A stretch of DNA of 64,000 nt from an uncultured Gammaproteobacteria bacterium. GTDB lineage: Bacteria; Patescibacteriota; Microgenomatia; UBA8517. The position numbers were made by a program, and so were the translations under genes. Shown in pieces: positions 1 to 9,782 of this stretch. The stretch is taken from contig CAYRUS010000001.1 of the NCBI GenBank assembly GCA_964427735.1, positions 25,856 to 89,855 on the forward strand, in the 5' to 3' direction. Below the pieces are notes generated by a model. It worked only from the letters and a program-made list of their open reading frames with translations, was not told where the DNA came from and ran no database searches. Every line of letters begins with the position of its first letter. Within the stretch, counting starts at the first letter, position 1.

Positions 1-766
1 CTAGTTTTTCTTCTTCAGCAATTTTATTGAGAGCTATATCCAGAACAAGTGTGTTTCGTGCTTGTACATTATATTCATCCCGTAGTATTTCTGCTGATTT
101 TCCTATCGAAGCAAGATAATTTTCAAGCGATAAACCTAATTTCTCAATTCTTTCAAGTAATTGAGAAAGTCTGGCGTTTACTTCCTCTTCTAATAACACG
201 GATGGAATTGTAGCTTCGACTGTATTCAATAAAGACTGTATTGCAACTTGCTCTTTTTCTTCTTTAGAAGGCTTTTTATTTTGATCTTCATCTTTTCCTT
301 TATCGGGTGTCCAGATAGCATCAACATTTGCAGCATTTTTAATATTTTTCTTGTAATCTCCCAGCTTAATTTCAGGTAGCTCTGCTGTAAGTGCTCGCAC
401 TTGCCAATCCTCATTTTCTTTAGCCTGTACAAGTTCAAATTTTGGATACATAGCAGGCTTTAAGTTTTCTTTTTGGATTGTTTCGCCAAACATAGAAGGA
501 AGAATATGGCCAAGAGTGTGTTCAATAAGTTGACTTTCCGGAACTTGACTTAAAACTTTATTTATTGGAGCTTTTCCTTTTCTAAAGCCTGGGATCTCCA
601 TGGTTTGGCCTATTTCTTCAGCTACTTTTTTCCTTTCGTCTTCAATTTTTTCCCACGGTATGGTATATGTGATTTGGATTGTACCGTCTTCGGCTTTTGC
701 CATTACCCAATTTACATTTTTATCCTTTTTTGTCGGTTTTTTACTTGTTTTTGATTTAGCAGCCAT
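1..766 (-). CDS. tig: Trigger factor, 3' end runs off the window; appears to lack the FKBP domain
   Basis: Manual translation from ATG at 766: MAAKSKTSKK...MEIPGFRKGKAP (ribosome-binding signature), later IPSVLLEEEV (C-domain). Not in the ORF track because it is open to the window edge. Confidence 0.9.
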   Translation of the reverse strand, partial: MAAKSKTSKKPTKKDKNVNWVMAKAEDGTIQITYTIPWEKIEDERKKVAEEIGQTMEIPGFRKGKAPINKVLSQVPESQLIEHTLGHILPSMFGETIQKENLKPAMYPKFELVQAKENEDWQVRALTAELPEIKLGDYKKNIKNAANVDAIWTPDKGKDEDQNKKPSKEEKEQVAIQSLLNTVEATIPSVLLEEEVNARLSQLLERIEKLGLSLENYLASIGKSAEILRDEYNVQARNTLVLDIALNKIAEEEKL

Positions 767-816
767 AATTAATGATTACTATTATACCATTTTACTACAG
801 GATATCTAGAGTAAGT

Positions 817-1032
817 TTAACCTTTATGCTGTGTTTTGTTCGTAGCACCAGGGTTTGGTCTGATTTGTGAACCACCCTTTGCACCAGGATAATTTCCCTT
901 AAGATTCTTATAGTTTTGAAAAGAACTTCTCTTTTTTTCCTCAAGCTTATTTAAGAATTCTTTTCTTTTTGCTGATTGTACCTGTTTACTGTTGTCTTCA
1001 TCATCTTGAGATGCATTGTTATTTTTTGTCAT
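817..1032 (-). CDS. Small basic hypothetical protein
   Basis: 71 aa ORF with TATAAT 8 nt upstream of the ATG. Confidence 0.6.
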   Translation of the reverse strand: MTKNNNASQDDEDNSKQVQSAKRKEFLNKLEEKKRSSFQNYKNLKGNYPGAKGGSQIRPNPGATNKTQHKG

Positions 1033-1102
1033 ATAGATGAATTATATCATTCCAACCTAAATTTTTTAATAGATAAAGCAATAATATCCATCAACAAATA
1101 CA

Positions 1103-1438
1103 TTAAGATGCTAGGTGATTTAAGAACCAAGAAACAAGAGAAAGAAGTATTGAGGCCATCATAGCAGTCAAAAAGGTATCTATTGTAAAGCCAGGAACCA
1201 GATATGAGGTTGCATAAAGTAATAAGACGTTAATTAAAAAAGCAGCTAATCCGAGTGTTAAAAGAGAAACTGGTAATGCAATTATTTGTAAAATTGGTCT
1301 TATAAAAGTGTTAATTACACCAAAAACAACAGCAGTTACCACAGCTGTCCAAATATTATCCAAATTAAAACCAGGAACTAGTGTGGCAACAATAAGTAGA
1401 GCAAATACGTTTATAGCTAATCTTAAAATAAGTTTCAT
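1103..1438 (-). CDS. 4-TM YvlD/DUF360 ('phage holin family') membrane protein
   Basis: NTFIRPILQIIALPVSLLTLGL motif and four hydrophobic segments. Confidence 0.85.
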   Translation of the reverse strand: MKLILRLAINVFALLIVATLVPGFNLDNIWTAVVTAVVFGVINTFIRPILQIIALPVSLLTLGLAAFLINVLLLYATSYLVPGFTIDTFLTAMMASILLSLVSWFLNHLAS

Positions 1439-1504
1439 CTATATTCATAATGCAACAGTTTTAAATAGTTTGTCAATGATGATCTTGTGGTTTTTAGACA
1501 AATT

Positions 1505-2539
1505 TTATTTTAAATAAGTCCTGAAAAACTCCAAATCTCTTTGAACGACTGTATCCCAGCCAGGTTGAAGGTTATGATCTGCCTCTTGGTAAATATAAAG
1601 CGTTGCCTCATGGTCATTATTCTCACTGTTTCTTAAAATATTAACTAAAGATTGAGACCATTGTAGTGGAACAGGCTCGTCCGCTGTTCCTTGATGGATT
1701 TGTATTGGTGCATTTATTTTATGGAAATAGTTGTGCACGGAATAACGATCAACGTCATATATGGTTTCAAACTTAGCTAACTCTTTTCTAAGGAATTTCC
1801 CTTTGTCTTGAGATTCATCGGTATAGAACAATATATTAAAAGGAAAAGGTTTACTGACAGGTGCCCAGAGAGTAGTTGGATAATCATCATCAAGAATTTC
1901 TAGCATAATAAGTGCGATCTGACCACCGTTTGAATGCCCCCAAATAAAAATATTTTTTCCGTCCCATGCATCTATTTGATTTACTGATTTTATTGTAGCG
2001 AGTGCTGTTGTGTAAGTTTGGAACCTTGATTCAAAAATGTCCGAAGAATTAATATCTGATTGGGCATATCCTAGAAAATCAGGGGAAATGGTAATAAATC
2101 CATTTTGGGCAAAATATTGAGCAGCTCGATATGTGCCTATCCCAGTTCTATAAATACTTGGATCAACATAACCCCTAAACATAACTACAATGGGGTATTT
2201 TTCATTACCTTCTGGTATATTTAATTGTCCGGATACTTTTTTAGTTTCATCTAAATTAGGATTTGGTTGAAATTTCATCTCGTATAAATAACTCTTGTAA
2301 CCTTCTTGACTTTCCAGTTCTTTGAGAGTTTTAATTTTGGTTTCACTATTGTAGTTTACAGATAGATTGTCGAATGTATATGCGGCAAGTGGTGTAGGAG
2401 GTGGAGTTTCTTTTTTTAAAATATCACTTAAGGTGTCGATATTTTTTGTAGTTGATCCGCGAAAAAACCAACCAGCAAAAAAAATCAAACCACCCATGAA
2501 AATTCCTACAATTATTATTAATATTTTAGACAGCTTCAT
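1505..2539 (-). CDS. Membrane-anchored alpha/beta hydrolase (peptidase S9-like)
   Basis: N-terminal TM; GHSNGG nucleophile elbow, HQGTAD, ADH catalytic His. Confidence 0.85.
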   Translation of the reverse strand: MKLSKILIIIVGIFMGGLIFFAGWFFRGSTTKNIDTLSDILKKETPPPTPLAAYTFDNLSVNYNSETKIKTLKELESQEGYKSYLYEMKFQPNPNLDETKKVSGQLNIPEGNEKYPIVVMFRGYVDPSIYRTGIGTYRAAQYFAQNGFITISPDFLGYAQSDINSSDIFESRFQTYTTALATIKSVNQIDAWDGKNIFIWGHSNGGQIALIMLEILDDDYPTTLWAPVSKPFPFNILFYTDESQDKGKFLRKELAKFETIYDVDRYSVHNYFHKINAPIQIHQGTADEPVPLQWSQSLVNILRNSENNDHEATLYIYQEADHNLQPGWDTVVQRDLEFFRTYLK

Positions 2540-2651
2540 ACGTATATATAACTTAATTCTTCACTAATTCTTTTATTTTCCTGCGATAAAGAATATAGCT
2601 TAATAATTTAACTTTGTCTAATAAATATATTATTGACTATATGATTTAGCT

Positions 2652-3146
2652 ATGACAACAACAGATTCAGAAATTTACATAAAAAACAATGATGTTCAGT
2701 CTGATACTCAAGAACAGGCAAAAATAGATCAACTTATGAAAACTGAAGGAAGAGTACTTTGCCATATAAAATCAGTTTTCCCAATGCAAATGTTTCCAGA
2801 TGAATTAATAGTCGATACCAATAAAGTAACTTTTGTACATAAGTTTTTCTTTTTTACTAAAACAGTTTTCCCTATTTTAATTGAGAATATCAACGGAGTT
2901 AGAATTGCTTCAGGTCCATTATTTGCTTCTGTTACCGTCGAAATCAGTGGATTTGAAACAAATCCGCCACCGTTACAAGCACTTTGGGTAAGCGATGCTG
3001 TTAAAGCAAGGAGCTATATTTTAGGGCTTATTACAGCTCGCGAGCAAAATTTAGAGTTAGACAAATTGAGTCATGCAGAATTGGTTCAAAAATTGCAGTA
3101 CCTAGGTGAAACAAGAGGTGCAGAAAACCCAGAATATGCAATATAA
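2652..3146 (+). CDS. Hypothetical protein (possible bacterial PH-like domain)
   Basis: 164 aa ORF with a beta-rich core; TATGAT 6 nt upstream of the ATG. Confidence 0.6.
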   Translation: MTTTDSEIYIKNNDVQSDTQEQAKIDQLMKTEGRVLCHIKSVFPMQMFPDELIVDTNKVTFVHKFFFFTKTVFPILIENINGVRIASGPLFASVTVEISGFETNPPPLQALWVSDAVKARSYILGLITAREQNLELDKLSHAELVQKLQYLGETRGAENPEYAI

Positions 3147-3148
3147 AC

Positions 3149-4543
3149 TTAATTGGTTAAGTAGTTCACCACAGTGAAGATACTAAAACTTCCATAAAAC
3201 AAAAATGCGGCGGTAACTCCAATTAACCTAATATATGAGGGTCTAATTTGTTTAGGAAGATTTGTCATATTTAACCAAATGATCAAACCTGTATAAATAA
3301 ACATAGATATGGCATTTAATACAGCTCCTGTTACCACTAATGCAAGTGGCTCAGTAAAGCCAAGAGTAAATATTGTAATTCCAGCAATTAATTGAAGCCA
3401 TAGCACGAGATAAAATATTTTAGGCAATTTATTAACCTTGTCTTCAGGCATCATTATCGCTATATTCTCGCTTATAATCCTTGAGTTTGAACCGTATACT
3501 GAAAATTGGGTACCAAAAAGCATTATAGTTGCCATTATCAAAAACAATTTGCCTACAGCAGGTATTGTTTGAGAAGCAATTACACCTGCCTCAAATATTA
3601 CAAAGTTAATACTTGTTTCAACTCCTTCAATTCCATAAACAGTTGAATAAGCAAGCAAACTTAGCAAAAGCATTGTAAAAGCACCTGTTAACCAAAATAC
3701 AATTAAATGTTCTGTATTAATTCTTTTCCACCAAAGCCTGTATCTCTTTAAGTTTTCTTGATTTAAATCAAATTTGCTTCCGGTTATTTTAATATTTTCA
3801 TTTTTACCAGAGAGTATATTTGTAATCCTCCCTGCATACTTACCCATTCCATAGCCCTTTTCTTTAATATACAAGGATTGTGCAAGATTTAAATTACCTC
3901 CGGCTCCTGCATACGCTAGGGCAGCTAAAAATGTAGCAAAGGGTAGTCCTTCAGGAAAAAGCCAATATCCTTCTCCTTTTCCTATTAATCCAGAAGATAA
4001 AGCGAGCCAATCATCTACTTTAGTAAAATAAAGTGTAATAAGAAACACAAATGGTACACCCAAAAGAATTATTGCTTTTTGAATAGATTCCTGTGTTTTA
4101 TAAACTACACTTCCAAGACTGTATAAAAAACCAAGTAAAAGAAGCAAACCAATCCCGACATATGCAGAATATTCCATTCCTAATGCTTTTGATAAAGTAG
4201 TTGCAGAAGCTGCTATTATTCCAGGCCACATCCAGGGAATAAAAGTAGTAACAATAAACCATATCGGTGCAAATATCCCTAACTTCCTTATTAGTCCAAC
4301 AAATACACTCTCTCCTGTTGCAAGCGTGTAGCGCTCAATCTCCATGTTAATAATGAATTGGAAAGTAATTCCAAGAAGAGCAGCCCAAATTATTCCCATT
4401 CCAAAGTTTGAAGAAAGGTATGGCCATAAGATTAATTCTCCGCTTCCTAACCCAACTCCTAAAATTATAAAGCTAGGTCCGATTAATGATCGCAACCTTG
4501 GTGGTTTAGGTAATTTGTTTTTTGATAAAGGTGACAGCTTCAT
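3149..4543 (-). CDS. NRAMP-related (APC superfamily) transporter
   Basis: GPSFIILGVGLGSGELILWP and ERYTLATGES motifs; about 11 TM segments. Confidence 0.8.
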   Translation of the reverse strand: MKLSPLSKNKLPKPPRLRSLIGPSFIILGVGLGSGELILWPYLSSNFGMGIIWAALLGITFQFIINMEIERYTLATGESVFVGLIRKLGIFAPIWFIVTTFIPWMWPGIIAASATTLSKALGMEYSAYVGIGLLLLLGFLYSLGSVVYKTQESIQKAIILLGVPFVFLITLYFTKVDDWLALSSGLIGKGEGYWLFPEGLPFATFLAALAYAGAGGNLNLAQSLYIKEKGYGMGKYAGRITNILSGKNENIKITGSKFDLNQENLKRYRLWWKRINTEHLIVFWLTGAFTMLLLSLLAYSTVYGIEGVETSINFVIFEAGVIASQTIPAVGKLFLIMATIMLFGTQFSVYGSNSRIISENIAIMMPEDKVNKLPKIFYLVLWLQLIAGITIFTLGFTEPLALVVTGAVLNAISMFIYTGLIIWLNMTNLPKQIRPSYIRLIGVTAAFLFYGSFSIFTVVNYLTN

Positions 4544-4586
4544 TGCTTTAGTTTAGAATTACAAGTGCAAGTAAAGCAAGTCTATT

Positions 4587-5582
4587 ATGAAAGATTCAAA
4601 AAAAGCATGGGGAAAATATAAAAAAGCAAAAAAAATCATATCTCTAATGGATTCAAGATTCGATTTTGACAACATTTGTTCTAATTTGGCTCTGAAGTTT
4701 ATTTCGATAAAGTTAAGGAAAGAGCATGATATTTTCTATGAAAGCAGTATTCCAAATTATGCAATAGATCATATTAATTCAGAGTACTTTGAGTTTATTA
4801 ACCAAGACTTTGAGCTAGAAAAAATAAATTACGAAGACTATGATTTACTATTTACATTAGATTCTTCAAACCCACAGCATATAAAAGAAAGTTTTGACTT
4901 TGAATTGCCTAAAAATATTTTTGTAATAAACATTGACCACCATAAAAGTAATTCAAAGTATGGAGATATAAACCTTGTGGAAGCTTTGTCTTCAACTTGC
5001 AGTGTTTTGTATAAGTGGTTGAAAGATAATAACCAAAGTATTGATAAGGATATTGCAGAGCTACTTTTGACGGGACTTTTTTTCGATAGTGGGTTTTTCC
5101 AGTATGACACAACTACCTCAGAAGATTTGAGATTTGCTGCAGATTTTATGGATAAGGGGGCTTCTTTATTTGATTTAGCTTGGAAAATTAATTTTAACCA
5201 AGAATATGATGATTTTAAGTTAACAAGTTTGATTTTAAATAATCTAAAAGTAGATTTTAGGAAAAAATATGCCTACTCTACAATTTCTGATTCTGAACTA
5301 AAAAAATACGACATTAATATAGAAAACTCCAATCTTGGTTCTGCAGATATAATTAAGCCATTAAAAGGCATAGACTTTGTATTTGTAGTTAAGCATATAG
5401 ATGGAAAAAAGTATGCTATAAGCTTTAGATCTCATGCACAGGATTTTAGTGTTTTAAAAATCGCAAAAGTTCTAGGCGGAGGTGGGCATAATATGGCTGC
5501 AGGCTGCGTTTTGGAGATAAATAGCCCTGATCCTGTTAAGACTATCGTGGAAATGATTGAGAAGGCTGTATCGGAATTTTAA
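4587..5582 (+). CDS. nrnA: DHH/DHHA1 phosphoesterase (NrnA-like nanoRNase/pAp phosphatase)
   Basis: NIDHH, DSGFFQY, SFRS and GGGGHNMAAG motifs. Confidence 0.8.
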   Translation: MKDSKKAWGKYKKAKKIISLMDSRFDFDNICSNLALKFISIKLRKEHDIFYESSIPNYAIDHINSEYFEFINQDFELEKINYEDYDLLFTLDSSNPQHIKESFDFELPKNIFVINIDHHKSNSKYGDINLVEALSSTCSVLYKWLKDNNQSIDKDIAELLLTGLFFDSGFFQYDTTTSEDLRFAADFMDKGASLFDLAWKINFNQEYDDFKLTSLILNNLKVDFRKKYAYSTISDSELKKYDINIENSNLGSADIIKPLKGIDFVFVVKHIDGKKYAISFRSHAQDFSVLKIAKVLGGGGHNMAAGCVLEINSPDPVKTIVEMIEKAVSEF

Positions 5583-6049
5583 AGTTTTCTACCAAGTAAT
5601 TTCAGCTCAGATACAGTAGTCATTAATTGTTCGTGATAAAAAGCAACACCTTCTTCTGCTAAGGTGGCCAAATTATTAATGTCAGATTGGCGTGCAGAAC
5701 TTTCAACAAGAGCCCAATGAACCATACCAGCACCAAAAAAGAATCCATGCCATTCGAGTATTTCTACAGGATTATCCCACTCATCTCCAATATACAAATC
5801 TCTCATGGTTTTTAATTTTTCTAAAGTTTTATCTGCTTTTCTATCAATCATTTCTCCTACTTCATATTCATCAGCAATATCACTAATTTTTTTAATAAAT
5901 TTGTTGCTATCTTCTATATAATTATCGTAACCGTCCTTAGAAATTTCCTGTAGTGCTTTCTTTCCCCTTTCAAATGTATCCAGTCCACATTTTGCAAAAG
6001 CTAATACCTCACCGATCTTCTTTGCTGTGCGTTCATTTATTTCTGCCAT
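5579..6049 (-). CDS. Hypothetical helical protein (possibly ferritin-like)
   Basis: 156 aa ORF with TG-n-TATAGT 5 nt upstream of the ATG. Confidence 0.6.
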   Translation of the reverse strand: MAEINERTAKKIGEVLAFAKCGLDTFERGKKALQEISKDGYDNYIEDSNKFIKKISDIADEYEVGEMIDRKADKTLEKLKTMRDLYIGDEWDNPVEILEWHGFFFGAGMVHWALVESSARQSDINNLATLAEEGVAFYHEQLMTTVSELKLLGRKL

Positions 6050-6111
6050 AATTCACTATAACATTTATCTTATTAAGTTTTAAGTGTAAAAATTGTAAGA
6101 AAGAAGTTATA

Positions 6112-7203
6112 TTATGAGCAAGTTATTCTTGGAAAGAATCCTACAAAGAACCCTCTTATTATTGGTTTGTAAGTAATTCTACAAACTATCTCGTTACCAA
6201 AAAATCTAAAAACGCTAATTATTCTAGCCTGAGGAGTGGATGTTGGAATTGGGCTTGCAGTTGCAGTAGGCAGCGGTGTAGTTGTAGAAGCTGGTGTTGT
6301 AGTAGGTGTGGAAGTAACTACCGGAGTTTCTGTAGCTGTTGCTGTTGCTGTTGGAGTTACTGTTTGTGTAGGAGTTGGTGTTACTGTGCTTGTAGGAGTC
6401 GCACTAGCTGTGGCTGTTGGTGAAGAAGTTGGGATACCAGTTTGAGTTGGGGATGGCGTAGCTGATGGTGTTGATGTTGAGCCATTTGTTGAAGGAGGTT
6501 CTGGTGTGGAAGATGAGTTTTGTGGTTCTGGTGATGTTCTTAAGATAAAGTCGTTTGCATTGTTGTCAGTGTCTTCTCCATTGCCTAAGTTTGCATCAGC
6601 ACCAGTCATACTTCCCAATGTAGAAGTAGATTTTGCTTTTCTTTCTACACTTTGATCATCATCAGGTACTACTAAGGCATTCCCTTCTCCTAGCGTGTTA
6701 TCTACTTCGCCAAATGTTACTGCATCAATGACAAGTCCTTCATCTGCCGGTTCATTTCTTAAAGCAACACTGTTGTTATTCGAGACTGTAGCTGAAGTGC
6801 TTTTGTCGCAGACCATACTTTCAGAGAGAGATGAATTGCACCATAAATAATAACTGTGTGGAGCGATAACATCTCCGCTTACGAAACTTACAATATTAGA
6901 GTCTGTTGTTCCTGAACTCGTTCTTTTTACTAATCTCATATCACTTAAATCGATTTCATCGCTAGTTGGGTTATAAAGTTCTATGAAATCATGATTTGAG
7001 TTTTCTGAACTTGAGACTTGAATTTCAGATATAACCACATGATTAGCTGTATCAGCATATATGATTGGCGAATAGTAAAGTAAAAGGAAAACTAATCCTA
7101 TGAGATTGCCGATAAAGAAACTTTTTGGATGAATGAAGCTTGATTTTTTATGAGTGGAAGTTAATGTTTTGCTGGCAGAAAAATTCATTACTCTAATTTT
7201 CAT
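6112..7203 (-). CDS. Secreted lamin-tail-domain protein with Pro/Thr-rich linker
   Basis: VVISEI...DFIELYNPT (LTD motif), DTDNNANDF, TPTATA repeats; start uncertain. Confidence 0.8.
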   Translation of the reverse strand: MKIRVMNFSASKTLTSTHKKSSFIHPKSFFIGNLIGLVFLLLYYSPIIYADTANHVVISEIQVSSSENSNHDFIELYNPTSDEIDLSDMRLVKRTSSGTTDSNIVSFVSGDVIAPHSYYLWCNSSLSESMVCDKSTSATVSNNNSVALRNEPADEGLVIDAVTFGEVDNTLGEGNALVVPDDDQSVERKAKSTSTLGSMTGADANLGNGEDTDNNANDFILRTSPEPQNSSSTPEPPSTNGSTSTPSATPSPTQTGIPTSSPTATASATPTSTVTPTPTQTVTPTATATATETPVVTSTPTTTPASTTTPLPTATASPIPTSTPQARIISVFRFFGNEIVCRITYKPIIRGFFVGFFPRITCS

Positions 7204-7365
7204 GATAAGAGGTTTTTTAAAATTGTGTCAAGAGGGAAAATACAAATCACTTTATTTAGATAATTTTTAATTCTATTTTTATACTCTAATAAGCATTGAA
7301 TTTGAACTTTTGATAAAGAACTGATCGTACAAAAATTTTCTTCCCAATCGTTACTTTTTTCTTAC

Positions 7366-7394
7366 TTGACTTAAACCAATTCTAGATATATAAA
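7366..7394 (+). promoter_or_regulatory. Sigma70 promoter of the small ORF / Y-family polymerase operon
   Basis: TTGACT (7366-7371), 17 nt spacer, TATAAA (7389-7394). Confidence 0.6.
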
Positions 7395-7407
7395 TTGAAT
7401 ACTTGTA

Positions 7408-7423
7408 TTCGGGTATTGTTCGG
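7408..7423 (+). promoter_or_regulatory. Putative LexA operator (direct repeat TTCGG-N6-TTCGG)
   Basis: TTCGG GTATTG TTCGG just downstream of the promoter; related sites occur at uvrB, lexA and uvrA. Confidence 0.75.
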
Positions 7424-7441
7424 TATCCCTAATCAACTTTT

Positions 7442-7693
7442 ATGACTCAAAAAATAAACGAAAAAGTATCGGTAAATTTGGTATATAACCATGAAAAAGA
7501 ACAGGTTTTTCCTAAGTGGATACACTGGAAAGGTAGACTTTATGGAGTAGAAAAAGTAGGACTTCATCACAATTATAAAAAGGGCAGTAAACTTTTCCAT
7601 GTATTTTCTGTAGAAACTAAAACACTTTTTTTCAGGTTACTGCTTGATACAGAAACTCTACACTGGAAAATCGAGGAAATTGCCAGTGAATAA
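7442..7693 (+). CDS. Small beta-rich protein (DUF6504/ImuB-C-like), putative mutasome partner
   Basis: PKWIHWKGRLY...FRLLLD..TLHWKI pattern; first gene behind the SOS box. Confidence 0.6.
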   Translation: MTQKINEKVSVNLVYNHEKEQVFPKWIHWKGRLYGVEKVGLHHNYKKGSKLFHVFSVETKTLFFRLLLDTETLHWKIEEIASE

Positions 7694-7730
7694 AACCTGT
7701 ACTTAACTTTAGAGTCTAGATATTTATAAA

Positions 7731-8996
7731 ATGTTTTACAGTAAAAACTTATCAAATCTTTCATTTAATTCTTCTCCTCCACATATCATGTTCATTGATC
7801 TCAACTCCTGCTTTGCCACCATAGAACAGCAAGCAAACCCCAAACTAAGAGGTAAACCAATTGCAGTTGCTGCTTACACTACTCCTTCTGGATGCATACT
7901 GGCACCTTCTATAGAAGCAAAAACATATGGAATCAAAACTGGAATGAGAGTAAAAGAAGCTAAGATTCTTTATCCCAATCTTATTGTTCTTTCTCCAGAT
8001 CCACCTAAATACAGGTATGTACACCTAAAATTGAAAAAATTATTGTCTGACTATACTTACAATTTTTATCCCAAATCTATTGATGAGTTTGTACTTTATT
8101 TGGATGGTTATCCTGTACTTAAGAAAAAGACAATGCAAGAAATAGGTAAAGAAATAAAATTACGTATAAAAAAAGAGATTGGTGATTGGTTGCTTGTTTC
8201 TATTGGTATTGCTCCCAATCGTTTTTTGGCAAAAACTGCTTCCTCTTTTAAAAAACCCGATGGACTTGTTGAGATAAATAAAGATAATTTTTTTCAGATA
8301 TACAAAAAACTGGATCTTCGAGATCTTACAGGCATTGATGTTAAAAATGCTAGTCGTTTAATGAGCGTTGGAATTAATTCTGTAACTGAATTTTATGAAG
8401 CACCGCTTTTAAAAATAAGAAGTGCATTTCATTCTGTTCTTGCTGACTATTGGTATTTTAGGCTAAGAGGATGGGAAGTAGACTCTGTTGAATATGGTAG
8501 AAAAAGTTTTGGCAATTCTTATGCCCTACCCCAACCTCTTACTCCATCAAAAGAGCTAACTCCAATCTTAAGTAAATTAATAAACAAAATGGGAACAAGA
8601 TTAAGGCAGTCAGGATACAAGGCTCAAGGTATTCATCTTGCTATTTCTTACAGAGATGGGGATTTTTGGCACAGAGGTCAAAAAACATCAAAAATATTAT
8701 TTGACTCACGAGATTTCTACCAGCACGCTCTTAAACTTATGTTTACTGCCCCCAAAAAACCAGTTCGTGATATTTCTGTTTCTTGCTTTAACCTAACAAA
8801 GTCAGAAGAGATTCAATTAGAAATATTTGACGATGTTTTAAAGAAAAAAAAACTAGTAAAGTCCATGGATGATATTAATGAAAAACTAGGAAACTTTACT
8901 GTAACTTCAGGAAGAATGCTAGGAATAGGCAACAGAGTTCCTGATAGGATTTCTTTTGGTAATGTAAAAGAATTAGAAGAAGTTATTGTGTGGTAA
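7731..8996 (+). CDS. dinB: Y-family translesion DNA polymerase (DinB/UmuC-like)
   Basis: FIDLNSCFATIEQ, SIDE catalytic motif, SIGIAPNRFLAKTAS..KPDG, clamp motif QLEIF. Confidence 0.92.
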   Translation: MFYSKNLSNLSFNSSPPHIMFIDLNSCFATIEQQANPKLRGKPIAVAAYTTPSGCILAPSIEAKTYGIKTGMRVKEAKILYPNLIVLSPDPPKYRYVHLKLKKLLSDYTYNFYPKSIDEFVLYLDGYPVLKKKTMQEIGKEIKLRIKKEIGDWLLVSIGIAPNRFLAKTASSFKKPDGLVEINKDNFFQIYKKLDLRDLTGIDVKNASRLMSVGINSVTEFYEAPLLKIRSAFHSVLADYWYFRLRGWEVDSVEYGRKSFGNSYALPQPLTPSKELTPILSKLINKMGTRLRQSGYKAQGIHLAISYRDGDFWHRGQKTSKILFDSRDFYQHALKLMFTAPKKPVRDISVSCFNLTKSEEIQLEIFDDVLKKKKLVKSMDDINEKLGNFTVTSGRMLGIGNRVPDRISFGNVKELEEVIVW

Positions 8997-9515
8997 TTAA
9001 TTCAAAGAAAATTCTACTTTGTCTCCCACTTCAATTCCTATTTCGTCACTGAAACCGGCGTTAACTTCCAATACGTAATTAACTAACTGACCTGCACCAT
9101 ATCTGGCAAGATCATCATCTCTTGTTCCTTCTGCTGGAGCAGGTACATCTTTATTTATTTTTACGATTGTATCGTCCTCAATCCAAATTATATCAATAGG
9201 AAAATTCATGTCTTTCATCCAAAAGACTGGTTGAATTTTTTCTTCAAATACAAAAAGCATACCAGTTCCTTCCTCTAGACTTTCTTTTCCAGATAATCCT
9301 TTTGCTCGTTTTTTATCGTTGTCTGATATTTCGACAGGGATTTCTACGTCGTTGATAATAACCGTGGATTCTAATTCTGTAGTTTCAGAATCGTTTTGCA
9401 TTTGTTGTATGGGAAAGCTTTCTTGTAAACTGCCCTCGTCTGCCTTTTGTACGGCAAATCCTACCACAACTAAAAAAGCCATCACACCTGCAATTGGAAG
9501 CAATATCTCTTTCAT
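8997..9515 (-). CDS. DUF192 family protein with N-terminal membrane anchor
   Basis: GMLFVF, FWMKDMNFPIDIIWI and YVLEVNAG motifs. Start moved to ATG 9515 because the longer ORF overlaps tRNA-Leu. Confidence 0.88.
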   Translation of the reverse strand: MKEILLPIAGVMAFLVVVGFAVQKADEGSLQESFPIQQMQNDSETTELESTVIINDVEIPVEISDNDKKRAKGLSGKESLEEGTGMLFVFEEKIQPVFWMKDMNFPIDIIWIEDDTIVKINKDVPAPAEGTRDDDLARYGAGQLVNYVLEVNAGFSDEIGIEVGDKVEFSLN

Positions 9516-9545
9516 CTTACTTACTATACCTCGTTGTTTATAACC

Positions 9546-9632
9546 TGGTGCCGAGGACAGGAATCGAACCTGCACGCTCTAATGAGCACAGGATCCTAAA
9601 TCCTGCGCGTCTGCCAGTTCCGCCACCTCGGC
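9546..9632 (-). tRNA. tRNA-Leu(TAG), CCA encoded
   Basis: Reverse complement GCCGAGG...CAGGA TT TAG GA TCCTG...GGTTCGATTCC...CCTCGGCACCA; long variable arm. Confidence 0.96.
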
Positions 9633-9696
9633 ATATTAACTATATATATTTTACAGTTTATTGAGTTTAATATAAAGCTTAGTTTTATTTTTGAGC

Positions 9697-9725
9697 ACAA
9701 AAGAGCCCCCCGATAAACGGGGGGC
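9697..9725 (-). terminator. Intrinsic terminator hairpin
   Basis: GCCCCCCG-TTTAT-CGGGGGGC followed by TCTTTT on the minus strand. Confidence 0.8.
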
Positions 9726-9776
9726 AAAAAAAATCCCGACGCTATGACTACAAAAAGTAGCCTGGCCTCAGAACCT
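9699..9776 (-). ncRNA. Candidate small structured RNA (~80 nt), family unknown
   Basis: Lies between a consensus promoter (9783-9811) and a terminator; no ORF; folds into one long hairpin plus the terminator. Confidence 0.5.
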
Positions 9777-9782
9777 ATGCGT

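Noticed and set aside
1103-1438. 'Phage holin family' genes (also 39669-40073) as evidence of a prophage
   Set aside because: YvlD/DUF360 proteins are common chromosomal membrane proteins; no phage structural, terminase or integrase genes are present.
6236-6530. Repetitive GTTGGT/GTAGGA-like sequence and the antisense Val/Gly-rich ORF 6236-6445
   Set aside because: It is the Pro/Thr linker of the lamin-tail protein on the minus strand; not a CRISPR array or separate gene.
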